From: an uncultured delta proteobacterium
Lineage (GTDB): Bacteria; Myxococcota_A; Polyangia; Polyangiales; Polyangiaceae
DNA: 64,000 nt
NCBI GenBank assembly: GCA_963716725.1
Contig: CAVQUB010000009.1
Location: forward strand, 32,001-96,000
Direction of reading: 5' to 3'
Part shown: positions 28,999 to 38,712 of the stretch, in pieces
Layout: every line of letters begins with the position of its first letter
Position numbering within the stretch: position 1 is the stretch's first letter
The notes under the pieces: generated by a model
What the model saw: the letters and a program-made list of their open reading frames with translations, nothing else
What the model was told of the DNA's origin: nothing
The model's database searches: none
Translations under genes and position numbers: made by a program

Positions 28999-30597
28999 AT
29001 GCGCGTTCGAAGGTTGCCGGCCGACGTCGTCGCGGCGCTCGTCGGTGCCGCAGCCCTGATGCTTGCTGGCCCGGTGTCGGCCCAGGCTGTCGCGCCGCTG
29101 ACGGGTGGAGAGCCAACGGTGCCACCCGAGGTCGAGCAAACTGAGCCAGCACCCGAAGCAGCGGCCGCGCGCGAGCCTCCGCCGGCGCCGGCGCCCGAGA
29201 CTCCGGAGCCGGCAGCGCCGGTGCCTGCCGAGCCTGCGTTTCCGGGTTCTGGGTCCCAGGCGGGCTCGCCGCTGCAGGCCTACGGCGAACCAGCACCTGA
29301 CGGTGCGGAAGCGCCCGAGCGTGCGCGCGGGTGGAAGGTGGAGCCGGGTGCCGAGGGCGAGGACTACGTGCTCTTCCCGCCGCGAGCGCTGCTGTTTCTC
29401 CCCAAGCTCGCCCTCGAGTTGGTGTTCACACCGCTCGAAGTCCTGCTCGCTGGGATCGACCGCAACAAGCTCGTCCCCCGGGTGATCGATTTCTTCTACT
29501 TCGACCAGGCACACACCACCGGGTTTTACCCGACGGCGTCTTCCGAGAGCGGATACGGGTTCAGCTACGGCGCCAAGGTCTTCCACAACGACGTCCTCGG
29601 GCACGAGGAGTCCGCCTCGATCAAAGGCACCTTCGGAGGCCGCTACGTGCAGGCGTACGAGCTCGCGTTCGAGGGGGATCGAGTCGGGGGCTCGCGCCTG
29701 TGGCTCGAGTCGCGCGCGCGCTACGAAGTCCAACCGGCACGCCTGTTCTTTGGGCTGGGAAACCGGGAAATTCAAGCGACGCCGGGTGATCTGGGCCCCC
29801 GCGATGCGAGCATCGCCACGCGCTTTCGCCAGGAGCGTGCCCTCGGCATGCTGCGCATCGGTGGGACGATTGGAGGATTGGGGGATCTCACCAAGGTCGG
29901 CGTCAGCGCGATCTACAACCATCGCGTCTTCGGCCCCGAGGAGCGAAGCTTTGCCGAGCCGTCCATCGAGACGGTCTACGACACCCGGAAGATCACAGGC
30001 TTTCGTGGCGGGGCCGACACGTTCGAGCTCGACCTGAATCTGATCCGCGACACCCGCGACACTCAGGGTCTGGCATCGAGCGGAACGTATCTCGAACTGC
30101 TGGCCGGCGGCGTACCGCCCATCAATGGCTACCAGTTCTTCCACTACGGCGGGGAGCTCAGGCAATACTTCGACCTCTACGCGAAGACGCGGGTGCTCGT
30201 GGTCAGGGCCGCGCTCGAGGGGGTGTCGGGAGGCGAGGACGAAATCCCCTTCGCCGATTTGCCGCGGCTGGGCGGTGTCCACGACCTGCGGGGGTACTTG
30301 TCGGACAGGTTCCGGGACAAGCTGGCAGCGGTGGCAACCGCCGAATACCGCTATCCGATCCACGAGCTTCTGTCCGGCAAGCTCTTCGTCGATGCGGGCG
30401 ACGTGGGGCGCACCTACGACGATCTCTTCGGTCCGGGTCCTTTCGAGCGCTGGGAAGTCGGCGCTGGTGGTGGCTTCTTGTTGCACTCCAAGGACAGCAT
30501 TCTGCTCAGCGTCGACGTCGCTTATGGCGATCAACTCACCGTGTTCTTCACGACCGCCCCCCTGGAGTTCTTCCACAACCGGAGCCAACAGCTATGA
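28999..30597 (+). CDS. Omp85/BamA-TamA-type outer membrane barrel with Pro-rich N-terminus
   Basis: Signal peptide; LGGVHDLRGY..RFRD, AEYRYPI, LFVDAG. Confidence 0.8.
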   Translation: MRVRRLPADVVAALVGAAALMLAGPVSAQAVAPLTGGEPTVPPEVEQTEPAPEAAAAREPPPAPAPETPEPAAPVPAEPAFPGSGSQAGSPLQAYGEPAPDGAEAPERARGWKVEPGAEGEDYVLFPPRALLFLPKLALELVFTPLEVLLAGIDRNKLVPRVIDFFYFDQAHTTGFYPTASSESGYGFSYGAKVFHNDVLGHEESASIKGTFGGRYVQAYELAFEGDRVGGSRLWLESRARYEVQPARLFFGLGNREIQATPGDLGPRDASIATRFRQERALGMLRIGGTIGGLGDLTKVGVSAIYNHRVFGPEERSFAEPSIETVYDTRKITGFRGGADTFELDLNLIRDTRDTQGLASSGTYLELLAGGVPPINGYQFFHYGGELRQYFDLYAKTRVLVVRAALEGVSGGEDEIPFADLPRLGGVHDLRGYLSDRFRDKLAAVATAEYRYPIHELLSGKLFVDAGDVGRTYDDLFGPGPFERWEVGAGGGFLLHSKDSILLSVDVAYGDQLTVFFTTAPLEFFHNRSQQL

Positions 30598-32198
30598 CCG
30601 CGCGCCCTCTGACCTTGCTGCCGGCTTTGATTGCTCTGGCCGGGTGCGCGTCCCAGAGCCCTCGATTCAAGGACCAGCCCATCGTGTGGTCGGTGAACGA
30701 TACCAAGGACATCGAGCCACCTGAGGAACGAGAGTTCCTGCCAATGGTATTCGGTGCCGATGTCTTCGCGACGGGCCGCTTGGTTCACGTGCTCGGCCTC
30801 CCCGATCGCGAGCCCGCGTGGAACACCAACGCGCTCGACGAGGTTCCGAATTCAACCTGGTTCGTGAACCGGATCGGCGTGCGACAGGTGCGGCCGAGCG
30901 AGGCTGCCCGAGGCACGTCGGACGTGGGGCCGCCAACGGCACCGCTCACGGTCGTCCGCGGCAAGCAGGGCGGCGGGAACCCAGGGTTTCTGGTCAAGGA
31001 CGCGCGTGGCAAGACCTTCCTGGTCAAGTTCGACACCAAAGAGAACCCAGAACTTCAGACCTCGGCGAGTGTGATCGTCAATCGCATCTTCTGGACGCTC
31101 GGCTACTTCGTCCCAAACGACGACGTCTTCGTCTTCGACCGAAGTGACCTCGCGATCGGTGCAAAGGCGAAGCTCGAGGACGAGTTCGGCCGCAAGCGCA
31201 GGATGACCGCGGCCGACGTGGACGAGGCGCTTCGCAGCTCGCCGCGGCTGCCGGACGGCCGCTACCGGGCGTCGTCGAGCGAATTCCTCAGCGGCACTCC
31301 CAAGGGAGGGTTCCCGGCCAAGGGCGTGCGTGGGGATGACCTGAACGACACCGTTCCACACCAGCATCGCCGCGAGGTGCGCGCGATCCGAGTGTTTGCC
31401 GCGTGGGTCAACCACTCCGACATGAAGGAGGACAACACCCTCGACATGTACGTGGAGGAGGGCGGACGGCGATTCCTGCGCCACTACCTGCTGGATTTCG
31501 GCGAGGCGCTCGGGGGCCATCCGGCGGAGAAGGGGCGCCACGAAGACGGCTTCGAACACTTCGTGGATTGGGAAAGACAAGGGCGCGCGCTGGTATCGTT
31601 TGGGTTGTGGAAACGCCCCTGGGAAGACGTGAAGGACGCGCCCTGGCCGTCCATCGGCCCCTTCGCGGCGACGCCCTTCGACCCACGAAACTGGCGCGAA
31701 GCCTACCCTTACTGGCCCTTCTTCGAGACCGATGCGACCGACGCATACTGGGCGGCGAAGCTCGTGATGCGCTTCGACCGCCCGATCCTGGAGGCCATCG
31801 TGGCCAAGGGCCGCCTCAGCGATCCCGACGCGCGAGCCCACCTCGTCGATACGTTGCTCGCGCGGCGCTGGAGCATTGGCCGCGCGTACGTCGAAGCTCT
31901 CTCACCCCTCGACGACTTCCGTATCAGTGAAGGTTCCTTCTGCGCGGTGGATCTGGGCGTCGCCTACGGGCTCGCGAAGTTCGGTGTCGTGCAGGTCCTC
32001 GACGCCGACGAGCGGGTGCAGCGTGAATACACGGTTCCAAAGAACGGACGCGTTTGCATCCCGATCGGTTCAGACGACCGGTACACCATCTACCGATTGC
32101 GAGTCGCCCGCGGGCTCGACATCAAGCCACCGTTGCAGGTGCACCTCAGGGCCGGCGACCGCCCGCGGATCTTGGGAGTGATTCGCGAAGAACGGTGA
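30594..32198 (+). CDS. Lipoprotein with atypical (HipA/CotH-like) kinase motifs
   Basis: LAGC lipobox; GKQGGGNPG..LVKFD; NHSDMKEDN; LLDFG; ATGA overlap with the barrel gene. Confidence 0.7.
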   Translation: MTARPLTLLPALIALAGCASQSPRFKDQPIVWSVNDTKDIEPPEEREFLPMVFGADVFATGRLVHVLGLPDREPAWNTNALDEVPNSTWFVNRIGVRQVRPSEAARGTSDVGPPTAPLTVVRGKQGGGNPGFLVKDARGKTFLVKFDTKENPELQTSASVIVNRIFWTLGYFVPNDDVFVFDRSDLAIGAKAKLEDEFGRKRRMTAADVDEALRSSPRLPDGRYRASSSEFLSGTPKGGFPAKGVRGDDLNDTVPHQHRREVRAIRVFAAWVNHSDMKEDNTLDMYVEEGGRRFLRHYLLDFGEALGGHPAEKGRHEDGFEHFVDWERQGRALVSFGLWKRPWEDVKDAPWPSIGPFAATPFDPRNWREAYPYWPFFETDATDAYWAAKLVMRFDRPILEAIVAKGRLSDPDARAHLVDTLLARRWSIGRAYVEALSPLDDFRISEGSFCAVDLGVAYGLAKFGVVQVLDADERVQREYTVPKNGRVCIPIGSDDRYTIYRLRVARGLDIKPPLQVHLRAGDRPRILGVIREER

Positions 32199-32245
32199 GT
32201 TCTTCGCCCTATTTTCGCGCGACGATGCCGCCAGACGAGACGACG

Positions 32246-32365
32246 CATTCCCCCCGCCCGAGCGGCGCGAGGGCTTGGGGGGAATCGCCCGCCGTGAGGG
32301 GCGGCTTCGTGCAACGTCGAGGGTCGTGTCGAAGCGACGCCCCGAGCGCCGGGCGATGGGGGGCA
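32246..32365. repeat. ~120-bp structured intergenic repeat, copy 2
   Basis: Same element as 23572. Confidence 0.9.
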
Positions 32366-32496
32366 CCTCGAGCCGATGCGGCGAGCGGCGAGCGGCCGGC
32401 CTCTCGCGCCGCTTGCTGCGATGGACGCTTCCGGCAGATACTCCGCGCCCCTTGGGAATACACGGTCGTTTTGCGGCGTACTGCGACGGGCACAGG

Positions 32497-32851
32497 ATGA
32501 TCGAAACGGCGATTCGAGGGCTGGGGTGCGCGCTGTTCGCGCTCATGACGGTCGCATGCGCGGCGACGCCGCCGGCTCGGGGACCCGGACCGGACGCGCC
32601 GGTTCCCGCGAGCGAGCCGCGCGGCACGGTGCGCTACGAGCTCGAATCTCGAGCCCGGCCAAGGCTGTGAGCGCGAGTTCGACCTAGCGCTGTACGAAGA
32701 CCGCAGGATCGATCTGCTCGAGTGGGACGACCGAGACGGTTGCCGCGAGCGGCGGCTGAGCGTGCGCTACTTCGAGCGAAAGATTTCCAAACAGCAGGTT
32801 CGAGCCCTGGTCGACGACCACGCGACCAAGGTTCGGGAGCTTTCCAAATGA
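32497..32851 (+). pseudogene. Small lipoprotein with a +1 frameshift near 32647
   Basis: TVAC lipobox; removing one base continues as LEPGQGCEREFDLALYEDRRIDLLEWD...ELSK* with an ATGA overlap to the next gene. Confidence 0.65.
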
Positions 32852-34884
32852 TGAAACTAAGATTCCGCATCGGGCTGTCGCTGCTCTTGGCAACGGGGGC
32901 ACTCTGGCCAGCCGCGCGCGAAGCCTTGGCCAACGACGAGGTCGCGGAGTCGCCAGCGCGGGTCGTGCTGCGCAAGTTGCCCAACGACCCCACCGTGTTG
33001 ATCAACGTGGCGGGGTACGAGATGCCGGGCAGCCCCGACATCCTGAACTTGGGCAAGCGCGCCACCGCCGCCCTCGAACGCTGTCTGAGCGACAACACCG
33101 ACACCGGCCTGCGGGTGGTCTGCGCGCGAGTGCTCAACGATCTAGGCGATCCGCGCGCGCTGCCGACCTTGCGCACCGCGCTCGACGATTGGGAGGAGCC
33201 CGTCCGTTACGAGGTCGCGCGGGCGCTGGTGAGCCTGCCCGATGCCGCGTCGTACGATGCGCTGGCCAAGGTGTATCGGCGCAAGGACGAGACGGATCGG
33301 GTGAAATCCGTGGTGCTCTCCGCCCTCGGAGCCCTTGGCAGCCAGAAGGCGGTGCGCTTCTTGCGCGGCGAGCTCACGAAGGTGCCGAAGAAGGACGAGC
33401 CGGACAGCCGAGCGGAGGTCTTCCGCGCGCTGTGGCAGAGCCGGGCGCTGATGGCGCGGACCACGCTGGTCGGCGACACCGTGATGGCCCTCAAGAGCGG
33501 CAATCAATCGCTGGTCTACGCGGCGGTGGAGGCCGCCACCGAGCTTCGGGACCGCGCGCTCTCGCCAGCGCTGGTGCCGCTGATGGATCACGCGGACGCC
33601 GAGATCCGTAACAAAGCCGTGTACGCCCTGGGGCACATCGGGGATCCGGCGGCGAGCCGCGCGCTCTTGGCGCATTTGCCCAAGGTCCGCGAGTCGCGCA
33701 TGCTCAACAACATCGCGTTCGCGCTCGAGCGCCTCGATCGCAAGGCGTTCTACGCCGCTATCGACAAGGTGGCGCAGCACAAGCAGGCGATCATCCGGCT
33801 CAACGCGGCGTTTGTGGTCGGCGACGTGCGGCGGCCGGAGGGCCTCGCCATCTTGGAGCGGGCCGCCAAGGACGCGAGCGATCTCGTCCGCACCAGCAGC
33901 GTGGCGGCGCTCGGCAAGCTCGACACCGCGGCGGCGGTGCCCGTCGCGGAGAAGTACGTGAGCGACGCAAACTGGTCGATCCGCCAAGAGGCGGTGTACG
34001 CCATCAGTGCGCTCACCAGCGGTCAGAGGAAGGATCTGATCTACGACCAGCTCTTCGCCGGCAAGCTGCCGCGGGACGGCGAAGGGATCCGCCGACGTGC
34101 GGCGATTGCCCTCGGCGAGCTCGGGGACGCCCGCGTCCGCGACTATCTGGTGACCTGCTACGAGCAGCGGGCCTGCTCCCTGGGCGACGTGAACGAGTTC
34201 TTCGAGGCCGACAAAGACGCAACGGTCGCCAGTCGGTTGCTGCTCGGGTGGGCTCAAGGGCGCCACGAGCTGACGGATCTCTTGGGCCTGAAGCAGCCGA
34301 CCGGCGCCGGCGCCCTGGCGGCGAGCAGCTTTGACCAGGCCCGCTCGCTGCGCAACGTCTCGGGTCTGCGCAAGAGCGCCGATTTCTTGGGCTCTGTGGG
34401 GGAGAAGACCGCGACCAAGCGCTTGAATCAGGTGCGCAAGGACCCGAGCACCTGGACTCGGCTTCACGTGCTCGTCGCGAGCGCGCGCCTCGGCGACGCA
34501 GCCGCCGTGAAGCAGGTTCTTGCAGAGCTCGACAACGCGCCGCAGGCGTGGATGTCCGGCATCGTGAAGGTCCTGGCTCGCGTGCTCGAAGCCCAGGCGC
34601 GACAGGCGTTCACGGCCGAGCTCACGGCGCGAGCCCGCGGCGCGGATATCGATCGTGGCATGGCCGCCGCCGCCGTGCTCCTGGCCTGGGATCCAGATCC
34701 GCAGTTCTTCCTGTTCTTGGACGCGCTGGGCAGCACCTCGCCGCGAAAGCAGGAACTGGCGCGTCGCTACTTGTTGCGCGATCGATCCAAGAAGGTCACC
34801 TGGCTCATGCGGCGCGCTCTGGCCCGCGAGTCACGGACCTTCGTGCGTGACGAGCTGCGCGTATTGCTCGACGACCGCAGCTGA
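32848..34884 (+). CDS. Exported HEAT-repeat protein
   Basis: Signal peptide; repeated VR..A..ALG.LGD units. Confidence 0.85.
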   Translation: MMKLRFRIGLSLLLATGALWPAAREALANDEVAESPARVVLRKLPNDPTVLINVAGYEMPGSPDILNLGKRATAALERCLSDNTDTGLRVVCARVLNDLGDPRALPTLRTALDDWEEPVRYEVARALVSLPDAASYDALAKVYRRKDETDRVKSVVLSALGALGSQKAVRFLRGELTKVPKKDEPDSRAEVFRALWQSRALMARTTLVGDTVMALKSGNQSLVYAAVEAATELRDRALSPALVPLMDHADAEIRNKAVYALGHIGDPAASRALLAHLPKVRESRMLNNIAFALERLDRKAFYAAIDKVAQHKQAIIRLNAAFVVGDVRRPEGLAILERAAKDASDLVRTSSVAALGKLDTAAAVPVAEKYVSDANWSIRQEAVYAISALTSGQRKDLIYDQLFAGKLPRDGEGIRRRAAIALGELGDARVRDYLVTCYEQRACSLGDVNEFFEADKDATVASRLLLGWAQGRHELTDLLGLKQPTGAGALAASSFDQARSLRNVSGLRKSADFLGSVGEKTATKRLNQVRKDPSTWTRLHVLVASARLGDAAAVKQVLAELDNAPQAWMSGIVKVLARVLEAQARQAFTAELTARARGADIDRGMAAAAVLLAWDPDPQFFLFLDALGSTSPRKQELARRYLLRDRSKKVTWLMRRALARESRTFVRDELRVLLDDRS

Positions 34885-34896
34885 GCGCGGGCGACC

Positions 34897-36576
34897 GTGA
34901 AGCTCGCTCCGTGCCTGGTCATCGCCGCGACCTGCGGGGCATTGGTCTACGATCCTTCGGCGCTGGCGGCGCAGCCGAAGGCCGTCGCGCTCTTGGTCCT
35001 CGCAGCGCTCCTCTCCGTTCTCGCCGTCGCGTGGCGCGTGAAGGTCGCGCTGTCCGCGCCGCTGGCGCTCTTCGGCGCCTTCGCGCTGTGGAGCTTCATC
35101 CGCGGTGAAGTCTCGCTCTCGGCCGCCTGCCTCGCGAGCTTCGTGATCGCGGCGCTGGCGCAGGGCCTGGGGCCAGCAGAGCGTCGCCGAGTCGTGCTGC
35201 TCTCCTGCGCCGGCGTCGGAGTGGGCGCCGCGGTCATCACCTTGGCAGCGTGGGCTCGAGGGGGACGCGGCATGGCGCTGCACGGCGGGATGGGAAATCC
35301 CAACGCGCTCGGGCTGCTGCTGGCCGTGACGCTGGTGCCGAGCGTCGTCGCGGCGCTCGCTGCGGCTCGCGGTCGGTCGCGCGCTTGCTGGTGGTGGCTC
35401 GCTGCGCTGGGGTTGCAGGGCGCCGCGTGGATCCTCGCGGAGTCGCGGGCGGCGTGGCTCGCGCTGCCCGTCGGCCTGTCGATCGCGTGGCTATCGACGC
35501 GCTGCCGAGTCGGTCGTGCGCTCACTCTCGGTCGTGCGCTCTGCGTCGGCCTCGCCCTGGCGAGCATCGCCGGCGCGTATTGGGGCGGCCCGATCGCGAG
35601 CGGCGGCGCGAACGGAGCGATCGGCGCGCTGGCGGGGCGGTTCTGGATCTGGAAGCACAGCCTGGGCGTCGCGCTCCGATCGCTGCCGTGGGGCAGCGGC
35701 GGCGGGCGTTTCTCCGACGAGTTTCTGGTCGAGCAAGGCAGGGCGCTCCAAGCGATCGATCTGGTCGAAGCGTCCCGCGCGTTTGTGCATGCCGAGAGCG
35801 CGCACAACGAGTGGCTGCAGGCGCTTGCCGCCACCGGCCCGGTCGGACTGGTCCTGCTCGCGGCCTTCTTGGCTGTCGGCATCGATCACCTGTCACCGCA
35901 TTTTGCTGCGGGAGCCGGCGCCTTGGCCGCGCTCGCGGTCGGCGCGAGTGCCGACGTGCCGTTGCATGCGCCGGCCGTCGCGCTCTTGACGGCGCTCTTG
36001 TTGGCGACCGCACCGCGACTGCGCTGGCCCGTGGGTTCTTCCTGGGTGCATCGAGCCGCCGCGCTCGGCGCGCTGGCGCTGTGCGCGTTCGCCTTGACCC
36101 ACGAGAGTCGTCAATGGCGTTCCACTCGCTATCTCACCGAGGCGCGCGATGCGGATCTATCTCGACGGGCCCAGCTGCTCGCCCGCGCCGCGGCGCTCGC
36201 GCCGAGCTCCGCCGAAGCCCAGTTTGCGCTGGGCATGGACCAGGTGGAGCGTGGCGAGATCACGGCGGGGTTGGAACGATTGCAGATCGCCCGCGCCATT
36301 TCGCGGACCGTCAGCACCGAGGTGGCGATCGGCAACGCGCTCTCGGAGCTGGGGCGCTGGCCAGAGGCGCGCGCCCGCTTCGAGTCCGCGCTGCTCTTGA
36401 ATCCGGGGTCGTTCCGCGCGCGCGCGAACCTCGCCGCCACGCTCGGCACGCTCGGAGAGCCGGACCTCGCCGTCGCGGAGCTAGCGCGAGCTCGGAGGCT
36501 CTTCCCCGGCCACCCCAAGCTCGCGCTGATCGCCGAAGCCATCGAGCGTCAGCGTCGCGACCGGGAGACACGCTGA
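34897..36576 (+). CDS. O-antigen ligase (Wzy_C)-family membrane protein with C-terminal TPRs
   Basis: GNPNALG, SRAAWL, R..IW, PWGSGGG.F, AHNEWLQ; TPR tail. Confidence 0.85.
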   Translation: MKLAPCLVIAATCGALVYDPSALAAQPKAVALLVLAALLSVLAVAWRVKVALSAPLALFGAFALWSFIRGEVSLSAACLASFVIAALAQGLGPAERRRVVLLSCAGVGVGAAVITLAAWARGGRGMALHGGMGNPNALGLLLAVTLVPSVVAALAAARGRSRACWWWLAALGLQGAAWILAESRAAWLALPVGLSIAWLSTRCRVGRALTLGRALCVGLALASIAGAYWGGPIASGGANGAIGALAGRFWIWKHSLGVALRSLPWGSGGGRFSDEFLVEQGRALQAIDLVEASRAFVHAESAHNEWLQALAATGPVGLVLLAAFLAVGIDHLSPHFAAGAGALAALAVGASADVPLHAPAVALLTALLLATAPRLRWPVGSSWVHRAAALGALALCAFALTHESRQWRSTRYLTEARDADLSRRAQLLARAAALAPSSAEAQFALGMDQVERGEITAGLERLQIARAISRTVSTEVAIGNALSELGRWPEARARFESALLLNPGSFRARANLAATLGTLGEPDLAVAELARARRLFPGHPKLALIAEAIERQRRDRETR

Positions 36577-36621
36577 CGGGGAATGACGCCGTACACGACG
36601 CTGCGAAGTCCCGGGGACCGG

Positions 36622-36939
36622 GACGCCAAACGCCTCGCCGGAGCGCGTTGCGACGTGGCGGCGTCACGGGGTGCGGCGCCGGAGCGCGTTGCGACGTGGT
36701 GAATGGCGCCGTAGACGCCAAACGCCTCGCCGGAGCGCGTTGCGACGTGGCCGATGGCGCCGTAGACGCCAAACGCCTCCGGGCAGCGCGTTGCGACGTG
36801 GCCGATGGCGCCGTAGACGCCAAACGCCTCCGGGCAGCGCGTTGCGACGTGGTGAATGGCGCCGTAGACGCCAAACGCCTCCGGGCAGCGCGTTGCGACG
36901 TGGTGAATGGCGCCGTGGGCGCCAAACGCCTCGCCGGAG
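36622..36939. repeat. 51-bp tandem repeat array (about 5-6 units)
   Basis: Unit starts at 36714, 36765, 36816, 36867, 36918 (GACGCCAAACGCCTC...), plus partial units from 36622. Confidence 0.95.
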
Positions 36940-36953
36940 GAAGGCGGACGACG

Positions 36954-37073
36954 CATTCCCCCCGCCCGAGCCTAGCGAGGGCTTGGGGGGAATCGCCCGC
37001 CGTGAGGGGCGGCGGCGGGCGACGGCGCGGGTCGTGTCGAAGCGACGCCCCGAACGCCGGGCGATGGGGGGCA
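36954..37073. repeat. ~120-bp structured intergenic repeat, copy 3
   Basis: Same element as 23572. Confidence 0.9.
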
Positions 37074-37134
37074 GATCGTGATCGTGTGTCCGGGAGCCGC
37101 ACCCGACGCGACGCCGCGACGCGATCCGCTGGCG

Positions 37135-38037
37135 CTACTGGTAGTAGAACGCCGCGTACACGAAGCCCGTGGTCGACTGGAGGAGTCGCTCCGGTGACGC
37201 GATGGCGTTCTCGCCGCCGAGCCGGATGCTGAAGGGGCCTTGGGGCAGGAGCTGGGAGTAATCGTAGGGCAAGGTCGCGGACTCGCCGGGCTTCAGTGCC
37301 TTGGGAGCCCCCCAGGGCTCGTAGTGATTGCCGGCGCCGTACTTGGTGGAGACGTCGAGCACCACGTTGCCGGTGTTCTTCACTGCGATGGTTCCCGAGG
37401 TCGGACCCGGAGTCATGGCGTAGGGCCCCTCGCCCGTGAACTGGTCGCTGTCGTTGATCAGTCCAGGGTGCGCAAGATCGACCGGCTTGCCGTCGATGCT
37501 GATCTCCGCGTCCATCACCTTGGCGGTCACCTTCATGTCGGCGTCCAGCACGACCGTCGCTCCCGCGGATTGACCTTCGACGTGCAAGGTCGCCGTGCTG
37601 TCCCCAGGGGTGAGCAACGGCGCCAAGCCCACGCCGTCCAGCGCGACGCCGTGCAGCACGCCGAGGCGTAAGATCGGCACCGTGGACGCACCGCTGGCCG
37701 GCAGGACGGCGATGCTCGCGGGTGAGATCGTGAATCCCGGGTTGTTGATCGTCAGCGCGATCTTCGTCACATCTGCGCTGCCGCCATTTTGGAGCAGGAA
37801 GAAGTGGTTCTGGCTGACCTTCACCGGACCCAGGTCGAAGGACTCCGTCAGCGCCTGTTGGCTGGTGCCGGTGGCCGGCTCCGCTGCCGATTTCGCGCTG
37901 CCCAGCCCGTCCAAGCGACTCAGGGAGAGCTGACCGCCACTCTTCGAGCGGGCGTCCTCGGGTCCACTACCGCAGCCCAGCACCGTGGCGCCACACGCGA
38001 TCCAGCAAAGAAGATGTCGCACGTTGCAGCGAGACAT
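37135..38037 (-). CDS. Lipoprotein with Ig-like segments
   Basis: GGAGG RBS; VLGC lipobox; LQNGGSAD and VKNTGNVVL motifs. Confidence 0.75.
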   Translation of the reverse strand: MSRCNVRHLLCWIACGATVLGCGSGPEDARSKSGGQLSLSRLDGLGSAKSAAEPATGTSQQALTESFDLGPVKVSQNHFFLLQNGGSADVTKIALTINNPGFTISPASIAVLPASGASTVPILRLGVLHGVALDGVGLAPLLTPGDSTATLHVEGQSAGATVVLDADMKVTAKVMDAEISIDGKPVDLAHPGLINDSDQFTGEGPYAMTPGPTSGTIAVKNTGNVVLDVSTKYGAGNHYEPWGAPKALKPGESATLPYDYSQLLPQGPFSIRLGGENAIASPERLLQSTTGFVYAAFYYQ

Positions 38038-38122
38038 AGCACGTGCCTCCTGCATTGCCCCTGGCCCGAATGCTCGGTCGCGGGGCGGCGGGCCACTGGC
38101 GCTCACTCGCCCGCGGCTCGCC

Positions 38123-38656
38123 TCAGCGGGACAGTTCGTCGAGATCGACCCTCAGGCCGCGTGACAATTCGAGCACGCCGCCCGTTCGTTCTTCGGACCT
38201 CCAGCTTCCGTCGGGGTTGCGCGAATGGACCTCCGCCCTCGCGCCCTCTTGATGCAGCAGCACGTACGTCTCGAGGGAGGGCAGCCGCCGGTAGGCGTCG
38301 AGCTTGGTCGTCCGGTCGTGAGCTTGGGTGCCGGGGCTCAGCACCTCGAACACGATCGTCGGATTGGTCACGCCGCCAGGCTTCCCATCGGCTTCGATGG
38401 GCGGACCACACACGACCGTGAGGTCTGGCAGAAACCCACGGTCGAGCTCGGCGACGTACACGACGAGTCCCGCGGCGTAGGCTGAGCACTCGCCCCGGAC
38501 CGGAATCAGGCCTGCGAGCCGCGCGCAGAGCTGTGCGTGCCGCGGAGTCGTTGCGCCCATTGCGTAAGCTACGCCAGCTGCCCACTCGTGCGGCCAATCA
38601 AGCGCCAGAAACTCATCCCAGCTGATCACCGGCAGGTTTGCGACAGCGTTCACCAT
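38123..38656 (-). CDS. Uma2-family endonuclease
   Basis: PDLTVVC, NPTIVFEVLSPGT..HDRTTKLDAY. Confidence 0.9.
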   Translation of the reverse strand: MVNAVANLPVISWDEFLALDWPHEWAAGVAYAMGATTPRHAQLCARLAGLIPVRGECSAYAAGLVVYVAELDRGFLPDLTVVCGPPIEADGKPGGVTNPTIVFEVLSPGTQAHDRTTKLDAYRRLPSLETYVLLHQEGARAEVHSRNPDGSWRSEERTGGVLELSRGLRVDLDELSR

Positions 38657-38712
38657 GGTGGTACCGCGCTCGGCACGACAAGCTAGCACGGCGGCGACGG
38701 CGGCGGCAGCGC

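Noticed and set aside
36622..36939. CRISPR array
   Set aside because: Units are contiguous with no unique spacers, and no cas genes are present.
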